A stretch of 64,000 bases of DNA. It comes from Paraspadella gotoi (lineage: Eukaryota; Animalia; Chaetognatha). Numbering within the stretch: position 1 is the first letter of the stretch; the number at the start of each line of letters is the position of its first letter. Below the pieces are notes generated by a model. The model had not been told where the DNA came from and did no database searches. It worked only from the letters and a program-made list of their open reading frames with translations. This document shows positions 28,071 to 39,975 of this stretch, piece by piece. The position numbers and the translations under genes are program-made. The stretch covers positions 27,984,981 to 28,048,980 of the forward strand of contig CM119264.1 of the NCBI GenBank assembly GCA_051294375.1. Reading direction: 5' to 3'.

Positions 28071-29290
28071 AACCTCAATCCCCCTAATGTAAAATCGTCG
28101 CCACCGGGATGAATGCGATTGGCCCTTGTGGCCGCCATCCGGGAAATCGGAAAACGAACAAAGACGATCATGTGAGAAACTCGACAAAATGTTGTAAAAA
28201 GTCCCTTCCAAGAAAACGTGGAAAGGTGTTAACCTATTGATTCGTATGCGTGCGCCCTGAAGGTGACCTCTATCAGTGTCTCCTTTGTGCGCTTCAATCG
28301 GACCTTCGCAAGAAGTGCCTGAAAACCAAAGATCCTCTGCGTTTTCGTCTCTGTACTCAACCGCGGACCCATGACGGCGGATCATCAAATGATCCTCATC
28401 CCTCGTAATTCCTATACCCGTTGGACCGGGACCAGATTGGCGATCTCGTATACCAACTTGCGGTCCACGCTTCCTGGGGCGGAATCCTAGCGCGGATGGC
28501 GCGTCGCTGGCAACCGCCGACACCGCGACCGTCGGTGCTGGCAAGTCTGATGCCAGAGCGAATTTCTCTCAAGAATTACCACGATTGGGAGACCAAGGCA
28601 CTGAAGACTTGAAGCGGAAAATCATCCAGGCGATGGCCTCAGCCTAAAGTCATCTCAAAGGGAAATAGGACGTTTCGCTCACTTTTCCAAGATGGCTCGT
28701 TTACGAAGGAAAACGGCCAAGTATTTTGCCCTCATAGAGAATTCTCGCGCTGGCTCCATCACTTTGGCACCCTATATCATTATTTATCCCTATTACCGTG
28801 AAACACACCTCTCCGGCGGTAATTTGCCTCAGTCCCGCCACCAGGGCGACCCAGATGGGCGTGATTCTTCAAAACGCAATTCGGTTGTGAGGATGCCCTG
28901 GGGGCGGCCTTTTTAACGAGGCCGAGTACGAGGTTGGCAAGAAAAAAAAATTCATATTTCAATTTCTTCCTCTCGACCAAAGATTTAATTTTTAAAATCC
29001 GACTTTCTTCCGAAAAATTTTGAGTCGCATCTACAGGTTAAGAGTGACGTACCGGCGCACGTGTTCACCCTCACTGTACCTTATCTAACGGTAACACTGC
29101 AAAACTGTGGGAAGTCCCTCGGCGCGGTTTCCTTATTTAAAGTTAGAGGAAAGCAGGTGGTTCAAACCGAACCTGAGCGCGCGCCTCGCTAATCACGGAC
29201 ACGGAACACCGAAAAGGTCGGCTAGTGCAATCGAGCACAAAGTGCACAACCCATGCCAGAGTCCTTTCCTCCTCTGAGAAGGGTTGTAGA
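28070..29290 (+). pseudogene. Compact spliced coding-like sequence of unknown function downstream of the Academ-like gene, with Cys pairs (YQCLLC; HCKxCGK)
   Basis: GC/CpG-richer segments separated by short GT..AG intron-like spacers, with donor GTAAGT at 29291. A competing 165-aa minus ORF (28047-28544) overlaps, so strand assignment is not certain. Confidence 0.3.
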
Positions 29291-29739
29291 AGTAAGTCGA
29301 CGAATGGTTTCTAAATCCTTTTTTTCACACCATCTTTTCTTATCTATATTTATTCTATTATATTTATTATAAAAACTGCTTGTGCCGTTATGTCGTCGTC
29401 CGTCTTTATTTTTTTTACGCATAAAAAACCTACGACGAAAAATTTAGATTTTGATTTTTATACTTATCCTCAAACTAATGCTATCATAGTAAGTTAAAAA
29501 TTAAAATATGGCTTCGATCAATCTTAAAGATCTTTTGAAATTGTCATGTTCATATGGATACATTTATCTTATTTATTTTCTAATTTGTAATTTTGTAGTA
29601 AGTTATAATATTAAGGAAATTTAAACAAAAAAATATTTTAGCAATCTATATGAAATCTTGATAATTTAAAAGATCTAACTTCCATTGTAAAATTGTAAAT
29701 TTTTAAATTGTAAACAATTGTATTTTTTTTTTCAATCAT

Positions 29740-30240
29740 GGTGCAGCGGCTTGGAAATCGCAGCAATCATTTTATTATTATCGCATCAATCATTTGGTTA
29801 TTTATCTGCATCAAAATTATTTGGTTATCATCCATATCAATATTTAGTTATCATCTCATCAATAGTTTAGTTTTCAATTGCATCAAATAATTAGTTATCA
29901 ATCGCATTATAATCAATTACTATTATTATTAATCAATCTATTATTATAAATTATATCAATCAATTACTATTATCAATCAATTAACGATTACATCGATTAA
30001 TTACGATTACATCAATCAATTACATCCATCAAATTATTACGATTAACATCCATCAATTACGATTATCATCCATTAATTACAAATTACTATTCAATAATTA
30101 CATACTCCAAATTCAATTTACGAATACATCATCAACGTTATTATCAATAATTACTAATTACATTAATAAATTAATCTTACAATTATTAAATAGTAATATT
30201 CATTAATCAATTACTGTATTATATCGAATCAATTCTTATT
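29740..30240. repeat. AT-rich degenerate ATCAATTAC-type tandem array inside the 23.8-34.5 kb island
   Basis: Repeated CATCAAT/ATCAATTAC/GATTACATC motifs. Confidence 0.7.
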
Positions 30241-30389
30241 CCCATAATTTTTTTCGTTTTTCTTCCCGTGATTTCCTTTTTTATTAATTTTTTCTTTGTG
30301 ATAGTAACGTCTGGCCAGATCACACTATACTTAAGATTTTAATTTTTTTGAGCACGGAAAGGAAAAGATTCGTCTGGCTCTACATACCT

Positions 30390-31760
30390 TGCTTGTTCGT
30401 CAAACCTTGTCTTATCCAAACTATCCTTCATTTCGGGTTCTTTTCTTGCGCCATGTCCGGAATGACAACGGCGACTGCTGGAATTCAAGATTGCGTCAAC
30501 ATAACACCTTATCGATCCGAGGTTTAATAATTGCGCATATCCGTCGACCTTCCCTGATTTCGTGGTACCTATTCCTGTATCTATTTCTAACATCCGGTTC
30601 CTTCACCATTTATTTTCATTGGGCAGGAAGTTTGGAAATCGACCTCACTTCTGAAAAGGAGTGGCAATTTAACGGGAAGAGAGAACACAACTTGCCGAAC
30701 TCCCCGGCGTAAATCGCCCTGGCTTCATCGCGACCTAATGGATGAAGCTCTAAGCGGTAGTGAGCCGCGTTGAATAGCAACATTCGTCGGACGGCTACGA
30801 CCGGATGTCATTAGGAGAGACATAAATCGACCGGTGGGCGTTTGCTTATTTACCCCTATCGATAGAGTTATGGTTGACGCCAGCCGCAGAACATATCACC
30901 GTCTTCTTTCCGCAGCGGCTGATCCAGAAGTGCCGGGCGTCGCGCAGCGTGAGAACTTTGATTGGGGGCGCGCCAATGTGGTCTCTGGGCCAAACACCGG
31001 AGCAGGACCTCGTCATGTTCGACCGATGACGGACGACGACGACGACACGAGTCGGAATGAAAACTAGAATCCTGTCACGATTTTACTTCTGGTCCCGGTA
31101 GGCGTTAAGAGCTACACAATCAAATTTTTAACGTAAATTATATCGATTCGATTTAAGAGGCACCCGATTGTGTCCAACATAATTTTCTCGTGTTACCACT
31201 CTCGATTTATTATATCTCCATATTTATTATTTATTTTCGCCTAATCATGAGATGGCTGTTTTTAATTCATTGAGGTTTAATTTCAGCATACTATTCTACC
31301 TTCCAGCGCGTTAGAGGATCATAAGTTTTTATCCATCGCGACTTCGATAGATCGAAGAACAAAAACGAGAATGGCGACCAGAAATCGAGTCCTCGCGTGT
31401 GGATTCACTGTAAGCGCCACACGGTGGTCGTGGCCGACCACGGGGACTTCGAATCCTGGTCGCTCTACTCCCCAACCGCACGGACGGCACCACCAACCCT
31501 TCCTTAATTCTCCAAGGCGGCGGGAATGCAGAAGTTAAGGGGCCTCCTTGATTGATTTCGTGGCTGTCTCTATCCACGGAGCCGCCGTTAAAGGAGACAT
31601 CGACGAACAAGGGTTTGGACATTTCCAATATTATCGATCGAGTAAATTCCATTTCATTTTACAATTAGGTTGATGTGCAGGCGCAAATAACATAATATGA
31701 ATCCGTAATCTTAGGTGACCGCAAACAATTGAAACAAGTTGCCAGTTATTGTTCGGCTTA
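30390..31760 (+). pseudogene. Divergent ubiquitin-specific protease (peptidase C19/USP)-like domain, spliced and frameshifted
   Basis: Four USP boxes in the correct order: Cys box RNDNGDCWNS..Q (30458-30499; N-x4-C), RTLIGG..W.LGQ..EQD...F (~30950-31020; cf. QQDAxEF), SPRVWIHCKR (31388-31417; cf. LPxxLxIHLKR), and His box FVAVSIHG...GHFQYYR (31557-31638; cf. LxAVxxHxG...GHYxxYxR). Confidence 0.55.
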
Positions 31761-32132
31761 TGGAAATTCCTCAAAATTATCCCGGTGTGTCGTTCACGGA
31801 AGTCGACGCACGACTCTCCTTTGACAAGGGAAGCACATGGATAGAGATAAGCTAGAGAGCATTCTTTAGACTCTACCCAGAAATCCGCATCCGGTAGAAC
31901 TTTTTTCTGCTTTTGAAATAGCTTGTGTCTTATTCATCAGTTCTTTTTTTTTGCTGGAAATAAAAGAACAAGTTTCGGAACTAGTTAAAACGATAAAAAT
32001 GATACAAAAATAAAAGCTGATCAAAACGAATGAACAAAAGATAAAGAAACAATTTGACTTTGCATTGAGTCAGACTAATTGAGCCAATACTCATATCTAG
32101 ATTATGAAATTGGATTCTTTCCTCGTTCTCAG

Positions 32133-33050
32133 GCAATCGACAAAGAGACCCTATCGTTCATAAAAGCCTCTTCTACATGGGACAGTATCCAGGCCTGGTC
32201 GGGTCTCGAGTCGGATACGGAATTCAACTGCAATCTGACTCTTATGTTCAGCATTGCTCAGGCGATCGCCTGCCGCAGAAGGCGGTATCCATCACTCATA
32301 TCGCACTTCGTGGGAAGGGGTCGGGAAAGTCATCCGTCCTTTCTTTTTAAAATTTCTCCGTAATTTCTTTTATCCAACCCGCTGTGTTAACTTTTTTCAT
32401 GTACAGGATCTCTTCGATTGGTACGTTTTTCTCGCAACATTACGGAGCCAGATAACCACTTATAACCCCATACGACCTCATGATTAGGAGATAGCGTTGC
32501 CTCCCACGGGCGTCCAAAGCGAATCTAACAGAAAATTTTACAAATACTACAAAAAAGAATCGGCTCTTTTATCATTCCAATCTGTCGTCAATGGGCGCCA
32601 GTTTAAACGCAACGTCTGGACCAGGTTAATATTATATACCTACCGCTTTTACAAGATTTAGGGTGTTCTAATGGTAAGGAAATGAATCATTAATTCTCAA
32701 AGGGTCAATAAGCCCTGAGCAAGACGACGATGCCGATCTGCTAACCATAGCCCAGTTGTGCGTACTGCTTTAATCAGGGAATGCCTGCGATAGCCGTCTG
32801 GAGCCTTCGCTGAGCGTTGCAGCCGGCCTCAAAAGATGGCATCTGTATAGAACGATTCTCATGGACGAAAACCAGAATTTCCGTTGGACTTGATGAACGA
32901 ATCTGCGATGGCGACTGACAAGTTAGCCGACGTCGTAACTTCGAAAATGTCTGCCGACGCCAAAATTAAACTTGAGAAAATTTGTGCGGGCCAAGAATTG
33001 AACGACTGCGGCGTTCAATGGCAATTGCAAAACTAGAACTACTTAACCCA
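32133..33050 (+). pseudogene. Ulp1/SENP-like (peptidase C48) cysteine protease-like segment, spliced and frameshifted
   Basis: GQELNDCGV followed after a shift by MAIA (32989-33029; cf. QxNxxDCGVFAIA). There is an upstream xW and a I-x-x-DS-like segment (~32785-32860). Exon-like blocks have acceptors at ~32132 and ~32406. Confidence 0.45.
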
Positions 33051-33407
33051 AATAATTGGGGTTAATAGGAAACAAAGAAGCGCGGCATTGGTTCATGGTT
33101 TTATCGGCATAACTTAGTCGTCTAGGCGAAATTCTATCAGTGATACCATTTTTCAACTTTTTCTAATGGTCTGTTGTTCTATATACTCCTTTTTAGATTT
33201 GTGGCTAATTGACATATTGATATTTCTTTTGTTTGATAAACTCTTTATATTCTAAAGTTTGGTGATTCAATTTTTTTGTCTGCTTTGCATTATCTATCAA
33301 GGATAACCCGGGCATAAACCGATGATATGCAACTCAAAAGCGTCAAAAAATGGCCCGGGTCGTAGAACCCGGTGCGGGTCTAAACAAACCTAAATCTCGC
33401 TCGATAG

Positions 33408-34490
33408 GAGAAACGATTTTCGAATTGGAAACTGGTCGATGAGGAACGACATCGAGGCGGAAATAAAGGAGAAACTGAGGAGGAATCTGTTCTTCTTTAG
33501 CGGCGCCAAGGGCCGACGTCTTTTGTACCAAATCAAAGTGGGCACGCCACAAGTCTCCGTCGCGTTTTATACGTCCAAAAACATGGACATCACATCTTCC
33601 AACAGATGGACACCGACCCACTACATCTGCTCCGACTCGCCTTAAAGGGATGCCGGGATCTCTCGACAATTCGACACCGTGGCCGCATCCGCACTCGTTC
33701 GGTCCACCCTCACAATGGACCACTCACTCAGTAGCCGTTCTACGTCCACGGTTTCCTCTGCCATACTTTTCTACGCTTTGACGGCCCCGCCTGATTTTTT
33801 TCTGCGCAGCAAGATTGTCAAGAGCATTTTCGCCAGGCTATGGAGGAACAACGTTGTCAAAGAACGAATGAGGTCCACCGAGAGGAAAGTCATTCAATCG
33901 TTGGCCACTTCGGTTCTCCATGCCAGTAGACTTGCTATCAAGCGAGAAGCATGTGATGGCTTTCACTACAACAAAAAAGCTCACCTTTCCTCAAAATATC
34001 ACCGTTCGCGCTCTAACCATCGACTCATCGAAGCCCCAGCTGAAAAAACGGCTCCTGACCTAAGGGTTTCGCGGTCGCGCTCACGATGCGTCTTATCAAG
34101 CGCACAGCAGTTCTCCTGCTTCGAAGGCAACATTGACCTTTGAGGTCGCTTCTATGGTTGAGCCGACGTGGGGGCTAGGTGTATAATTTGGTCGACGCAT
34201 TGCGCGGCGGAAAATTATCATCGGAGGTTACCGCAGGAGAGGGTCAAAGCATGCCTAAAGCAAAACCTCGGTGCCCGATCGAAAGTCGACGTCGCTTGGA
34301 AGGAACTGTAAATTCGCTACTCGACCGAGGGCGACCATACGGACAAAGTCGCGCCCTTACCGGGTTTCTTAGTTTTCGACATCGAGTGGCCGGGCGAAAA
34401 GGTGCGTTTCATTCCAGAGCCGGACAAAGATCCCGTATTCAAATCGGCACGTTGTACACGAAACGGCGCACAGCCGCCATGGTATGGACG
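33408..34490 (+). pseudogene. GC-rich coding-like region of unresolved identity at the right end of the island
   Basis: Near-contiguous plus ORFs 33439-33645, 33679-34143 and 34179-34514. An alternative frame reads FLVFDIEWPGEKV (34366-34404). The sequence degrades into noise after ~34500. Confidence 0.35.
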
Positions 34491-36546
34491 TGTGATGTGT
34501 ATGATGTTGCGTGACGATGCACGTGTCTGATCGATGATGTAGTATGACGATGTGCATGACCGATGATGCTAGATACGTCCATGTTGATTGAAGATGATGA
34601 GAGATAGAGAAACGTGAGGAGATGACGGATCGAAACTCTGGACCTACGGCGAATTGTTGAGATTAAGACTCTATGATACAAAGGGATGAGAAGAAGTGGG
34701 GTGACAACTGGTGGTTGAGATGGAGAGGGAAGTGGGAGAGAGGGGGAGGCGGAGAAGAGAGAATAGGGAAGGAAGGGAGATGAGAACGGTGAGAGAGAGA
34801 GAGAGTAGAGAGAGAGGGAGAGACAGAGGAGAAGAGGTAGTATTGTTCGCTCGGTTTGGAAAAATGGTATGATTAAGAACTTTGAAAGAGAAGAGGAAAG
34901 AACAAAATATGAGGAAGACACATCTTTTCCTCGGTCTCTCCTTCTCTCTGCTCTCATCTCTCGTCGTTCTAGGTCTCTCTTCTCATGTGTACGTGCCCGT
35001 CCTCACCCCGCCCATTCGCACGGTTTTCCGTCAGCTGAGCCTTCCTAGCTGGTTGCTACTTCATTTGGCGAACCTGCAGTCTTCTCGTTCCTCTCGGGAC
35101 CTCAACCAAACCATCTACACTTCTCTCTCTCTTTTTCTCATCTTTATTATGATCCGTCATAAATGCCGATTTACGGGCTGAAAACATCGAAAGGATTGAC
35201 ACTCTGCTTCTCATTTAAAAAACCGGAAGGCAATAATTTCTATTCTTAATTGTTTTTATTTTAATCTAAATTTTGATTGGTGATTTTTGTTTCCGAAGTT
35301 CAAATGTCGAAATGTTTTTTTAAGACTTTTTTCAATTTGTCAATTTTTTGTGTTCTTTCAAATATGATAACCTTTGTTTTTTCTTTATTAATGATTTTCT
35401 ATGACAACATTTGAGAATTTCAGGATATTTTCGACTATCACAGACAATTATTGAACACCAAGATTTTGCAACTTATTATTAATTTTTGTTGTTTAATTTG
35501 GTCTTTCAAGAAGAATATACTGAGAGAGAGGAACGGAGTGTGTGATTGACGAGAGCAGAGGTAGAGATGGGAGAGAGAGACAAGAATATTAATTTACATA
35601 GTGCGGGGATTTTAGGCACCTTGATGGGAGAGAGAAGAGAGCGAGAGAGAGAGAGAGAGAGAAGAGTAAGGTAGAAGAAGAGAGTGAGAGCAAAAGCAAA
35701 GACTGAAGGGGTTGAAAAGAAATCTCAAATTTTGCTCTATTTTTAGACTATCTTACTTTTTTTCCGTCCCACCCGTCTAGTGATGGCGCGCAAGAAGCAA
35801 TTCTTGTTTTCACCCTTCAAATAATCGTTAGTTTTTTTTAAAAAAGAACATTTAAACATTTAGTTATTTCTTTTTCCTTTTTTTTATTTACTCATTCGTA
35901 GAACACATAATTCCAGGGATGAGCGGGAAAAGGCACTTTTGGAAGAGAGAGAGAGAGAGAAGAGACAGAGAGAGAGAGAGAGGAGAGAGGAGAGAGAGAA
36001 GAGAGGAGGGAGAGAGAGAGAGACTTAATTTTTGTTACACGCTAGGGATTTTTCTTATCAATTCAGTTTCTTAAATTTGAATATACTATTTTAAGGTTTT
36101 TGTTATTTAAGTCCAGGACAATATACATTCAATAACATCTATTATTAATAACTGATTTTAAAAGGGTTGTAACACTCTAAAAAATATTTGTTCTTTTTTC
36201 CCTCCTTACCGGAGAATTCTTTGAAACCAACTTATTGAACCACACTCACAATCGAGGGCAAAACAAGTAAAATTGGAGAAATATAATAGCAAATATGACG
36301 GCAGAGAGGAGAGAAAGGAGAGAGAGAGAGAAAACAGAGAGAGAGAGAATTTTGACGATGTAAGTCATCTGACAGACAATCATTGGATTGAATTATATTT
36401 AGAAGTAAAAAAAATAAAATGAAAACAATTTAGTAGAAAAACGGAAAACAGTTTTATAGAAAGATCGGAAAATTGGGATGGGACAAACAAGGATAGACAT
36501 TGAATATCCAAGTTTAAATACCAATATGCAAAGAAGGGCGATCGTG

Positions 36547-36605
<59 letters not shown>

Positions 36606-38439
36606 AGAGAGAGAAAGAGAGAGACCCCAAGGGGCTGTTTTTTAACCGATTGAGTAAGAAGACGAGATGAAGAAATCAACAACACATTTGGAAAATTTTA
36701 CTTTTTGAAAATCTTAATTTTTTTTCAGATTATAGCAGAAGAGATGGGATTGAAATTAGATTAGAATGGATAAGATAGAAGAGATGGGATTAAGAGATAG
36801 ATTAGAGATGGGATAGAGGAGAATAGATGGTATTAGAGTTTGAGATTAGAGATTGGGTACGAGTTAAAGATATAGAAATAGAGATTGGATAGGCGTTTAT
36901 ATACTTAGGGCATCTATCAATGGGGTGAGTCAGAAATTCGATTTGGGACTGAGAAAACCTTCAATGGACCTAAAAAACTTTTTTTAGAATGGCTAGAAGC
37001 ACTAGTAATTAATTGTTTAATATTTATTTTATCAGAAGGATTTTTTTTTTTAAATTTTTGAAAAATTTTGAAAGAAGAATTGGTTAGCTTATACAAGTTG
37101 TCTATACAAGTATACTTTTTTTTCAATATTTCTTAAATGATAATAATGATAAATGGGTGAAAATTAAAATCAACCTTAAAAAAATCGTGATATATCATCA
37201 TCCGAAACTTATTTTAAATAGTTTTTTGTTAATTTTCGGAAAATGCAAAACGTCAAAATTTTTAAAAAAGTTGTAATTATCCTTTTTGGTTTTAACTTTT
37301 TGACAGACATCAGAATCATTTTAAAAAACCTTAAAAATATATTTAGGTAGGGAGAAGTTGATAGGAGACGATGTCATATGAATCAAATGTGAATAATTTA
37401 ATTAGTTTATTTAATTAATTAATATATTTTTTGAAATGTTTTCAACAAATATCTTTAAAGTCGTCGCAGCAATGAAAAAAATATTTATTCTCTATCTCAA
37501 GATTATGCGGTGAAATAAGCGGGGTTTTGATAACTAGATCTTGCAATTACTTATCTTCAATCTTCTTTTCCTTTTTAAAATATCTCTTTTAAAAGCTCAA
37601 GCAATTTGAGCAGAAGCGGCTTATTCAAAGTGAATCTTCTCTCTCTCTCCTCTCTCTCTCCCTTCTCTCTCTTCTCTCCTCTCTCAATTGATGTTTTTGA
37701 AACCAAAAGGTGGTTTGTTAAACATTCAGGTCTTTTTTCTCTCCCAGGCTGTTTTATTTTTTTAATCTCTCCTCTTCTCCTCTCCGAGTCCCACTATTCT
37801 CGGGATATTAAATTCTTTAAAAGGACGGACGGACGAGCGGGACGGACGACGGACGGAGGCGAGGGACGGACGGAGGTACGGACGGAAGGAGGTACGTACG
37901 GATGGAATTACGTTTTTTAAACGTAAAGGATTTTTAAACAAAAAGTTGGGTGGACTTACTAATTTTTTTTTTTTTTTTTTTGAATCTTCTGACCATTGAT
38001 TCCCTAAAACACTCTTTCAGGCTAAGTGCGGGCCGAGAGAGAGAGAGAGTAAGAGAGAGAAAAGAGAGAGCGAGAGAGAGGAGAGGAGAGAGAAGAGATA
38101 GAGAGAGAGGAGACAGGCTCACTTTAAATCAAAGCCCTGATGGAAGCGAAATAAAAAAAGAGGAAAAGAAGAAAGAAAGAAAGAAAGAAAGATAAAAGAA
38201 AGAGGAAAAAGGAATAAAAAAGAAAGAAAGAAAGAAATAGCAAGAAAGAAAAGAAAGAAAGAAAGAAAAGAAATGAAGAAATAAGAAGAAACAGAGAGAC
38301 AAAGAAAAGCTGAAAAAGAAATAGAAGAAAGACACGAAAGATAAGAAGAAGAAAAGAAAAGAACTAGAAAGAAAAAGAAAACGAAAGAAAGAAAGAAAAA
38401 GAAACGAAAAGAAAGAAATAAACAGAAAAGAAAGAATGT

Positions 38440-38920
38440 GGGTAAGCTTATGAGATGGATGGCTTGTTAGGGAAGGGATGTCCTCTTAACGGTCGGTTGA
38501 CGTCCCGCGACCGAAGGGTTATCTGATTCCAAAGTTGATGGACATTTTCCTTTTGGAGACTTAGGAACTCGTCGCGTGCCAGTCAAGCTGGGGCGCTAGG
38601 GGATTTCCGGGTGCCAGTGGAGGCGCGTGCCAGGTAGAAGCCAGTGCCAGAGCGGTGCACAGATGAGGGGGCGCTCAGTAGAGGCGGTGCCACGTTCAGC
38701 GGGGCGTAGGGGAGTTGTGCGCCCAGTCGAGTTCGCGTGGCAGAGAAGCAGGGGGCGGCCAGATGAGGCGGCGCTAAGATTCTGAGGGAAAGCGGGTCAG
38801 TCGCAGCGAGGCGCCACTGGGTACCGAAGGGCAGTGCCCATAAAAAGGGGCGCGCCATTAGCTAGAGCGGCCGACAGTGAAGGCGCGATTCCAGATAGTG
38901 ATGTCGCGCCAGCTTAATAA
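38440..38920 (+). repeat. Noisy, insertion-rich second copy of 22928-23345
   Basis: Colinear with the first copy but longer because of scattered single-base insertions; both copies are preceded by (AAAG)n-like sequence. Confidence 0.85.
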
Positions 38921-39290
38921 ACTCCGAGTGATCCAAAGATGCTGCAATGAACTGAAACCGAAGGGATTTCTCCATATACGCATGCCTGGTTATTGATGAT
39001 GAAAGGTAGTCTAAGCAGTGGAGGTTAAAATTCAGTCTAGGAATGTTATCCAAAGAAGAAGTGCACTGATGTTCATTAACTTTCTCGTTTTAACCTAAAA
39101 CTTTAGAAAATATTAACCGCAGACAAACGAACCAGGAAAATAATTCAAAATGGGCCGAAGCGAGGGGAATCACCTCTGTANNNNNNNNNNNNNNNNNNNN
39201 NNNNNGCATCTAATCATACAGGGAGTTTCAACCGGAAAGAAAATTCGAAAAGCCACACTGGAAAAGGAAGGCGGCGCCTTCTCGACGACA

Positions 39291-39324
<34 letters not shown>

Positions 39325-39413
39325 GAAACATTCGTGGTACAATTCATCAAGACGATGTTTGGGCGGATGACTTTGCCGCGAAGGAGAGAAAGAGAGGAGA
39401 CGAAGAAATTGGG

Positions 39414-39471
<58 letters not shown>

Positions 39472-39752
39472 GAGAGACAGAAAGACACACACATAGGGAA
39501 GAAGAAAGTACAGATAGGTAGGCTTTACCTAGACTCTACAGGATTGAGCCGAGTCAAAAGAAAGGCGCCCTTTGACTTTACTAACGGGTTTCATTATAGA
39601 TAGCTGTATTACAGATGGGTCTCATTAAAGATTGGTGCTATCTATAGCATTAGTGCCTTTGATGAGGAACCGATACACGCTCTTTACAGTCAAAGTGCTT
39701 TCTTATGATCCAATAGGGTAGCTTGCACAATGCACAGCTAAACAGTGTTGGG

Positions 39753-39975
39753 TATTACAGCTGAGTCCCATCTGCGAACGTACTGCTTTTTGACATAACA
39801 GATAGGCGAATGCTAGAGCTGAAGTGCATTCATTCATTACCGATGAGCCCCATCTGCGAACTGGTTTTTGGCATAATAGATGGGCGATTGCTACAGCTGA
39901 AGCGCATTCATTCATTACAGATGAGCGCCATCTGCGAACGAACTGGTTTTTGGCATAACAGATGGGGCGATGGGC
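39753..39975. repeat. ~75-80-bp minisatellite, about 3 copies, each with an internal inverted repeat
   Basis: CCATCTGCGAAC...TTTTGGCATAACAGATGGGCG...GCTGAAG.GCATTCATTCATTAC is repeated; CCATCTG and CAGATGG are reverse complements. Confidence 0.85.

Noticed and set aside
31329-31652. Minus-strand ORF as a kinase C-lobe
   Set aside because: No kinase motifs, and the plus strand of the same bases fits USP boxes far better.
38994-39070. C/D box snoRNA candidate (TGATGA ... CTGA)
   Set aside because: No convincing terminal stem or recognisable guide; such short boxes occur by chance.
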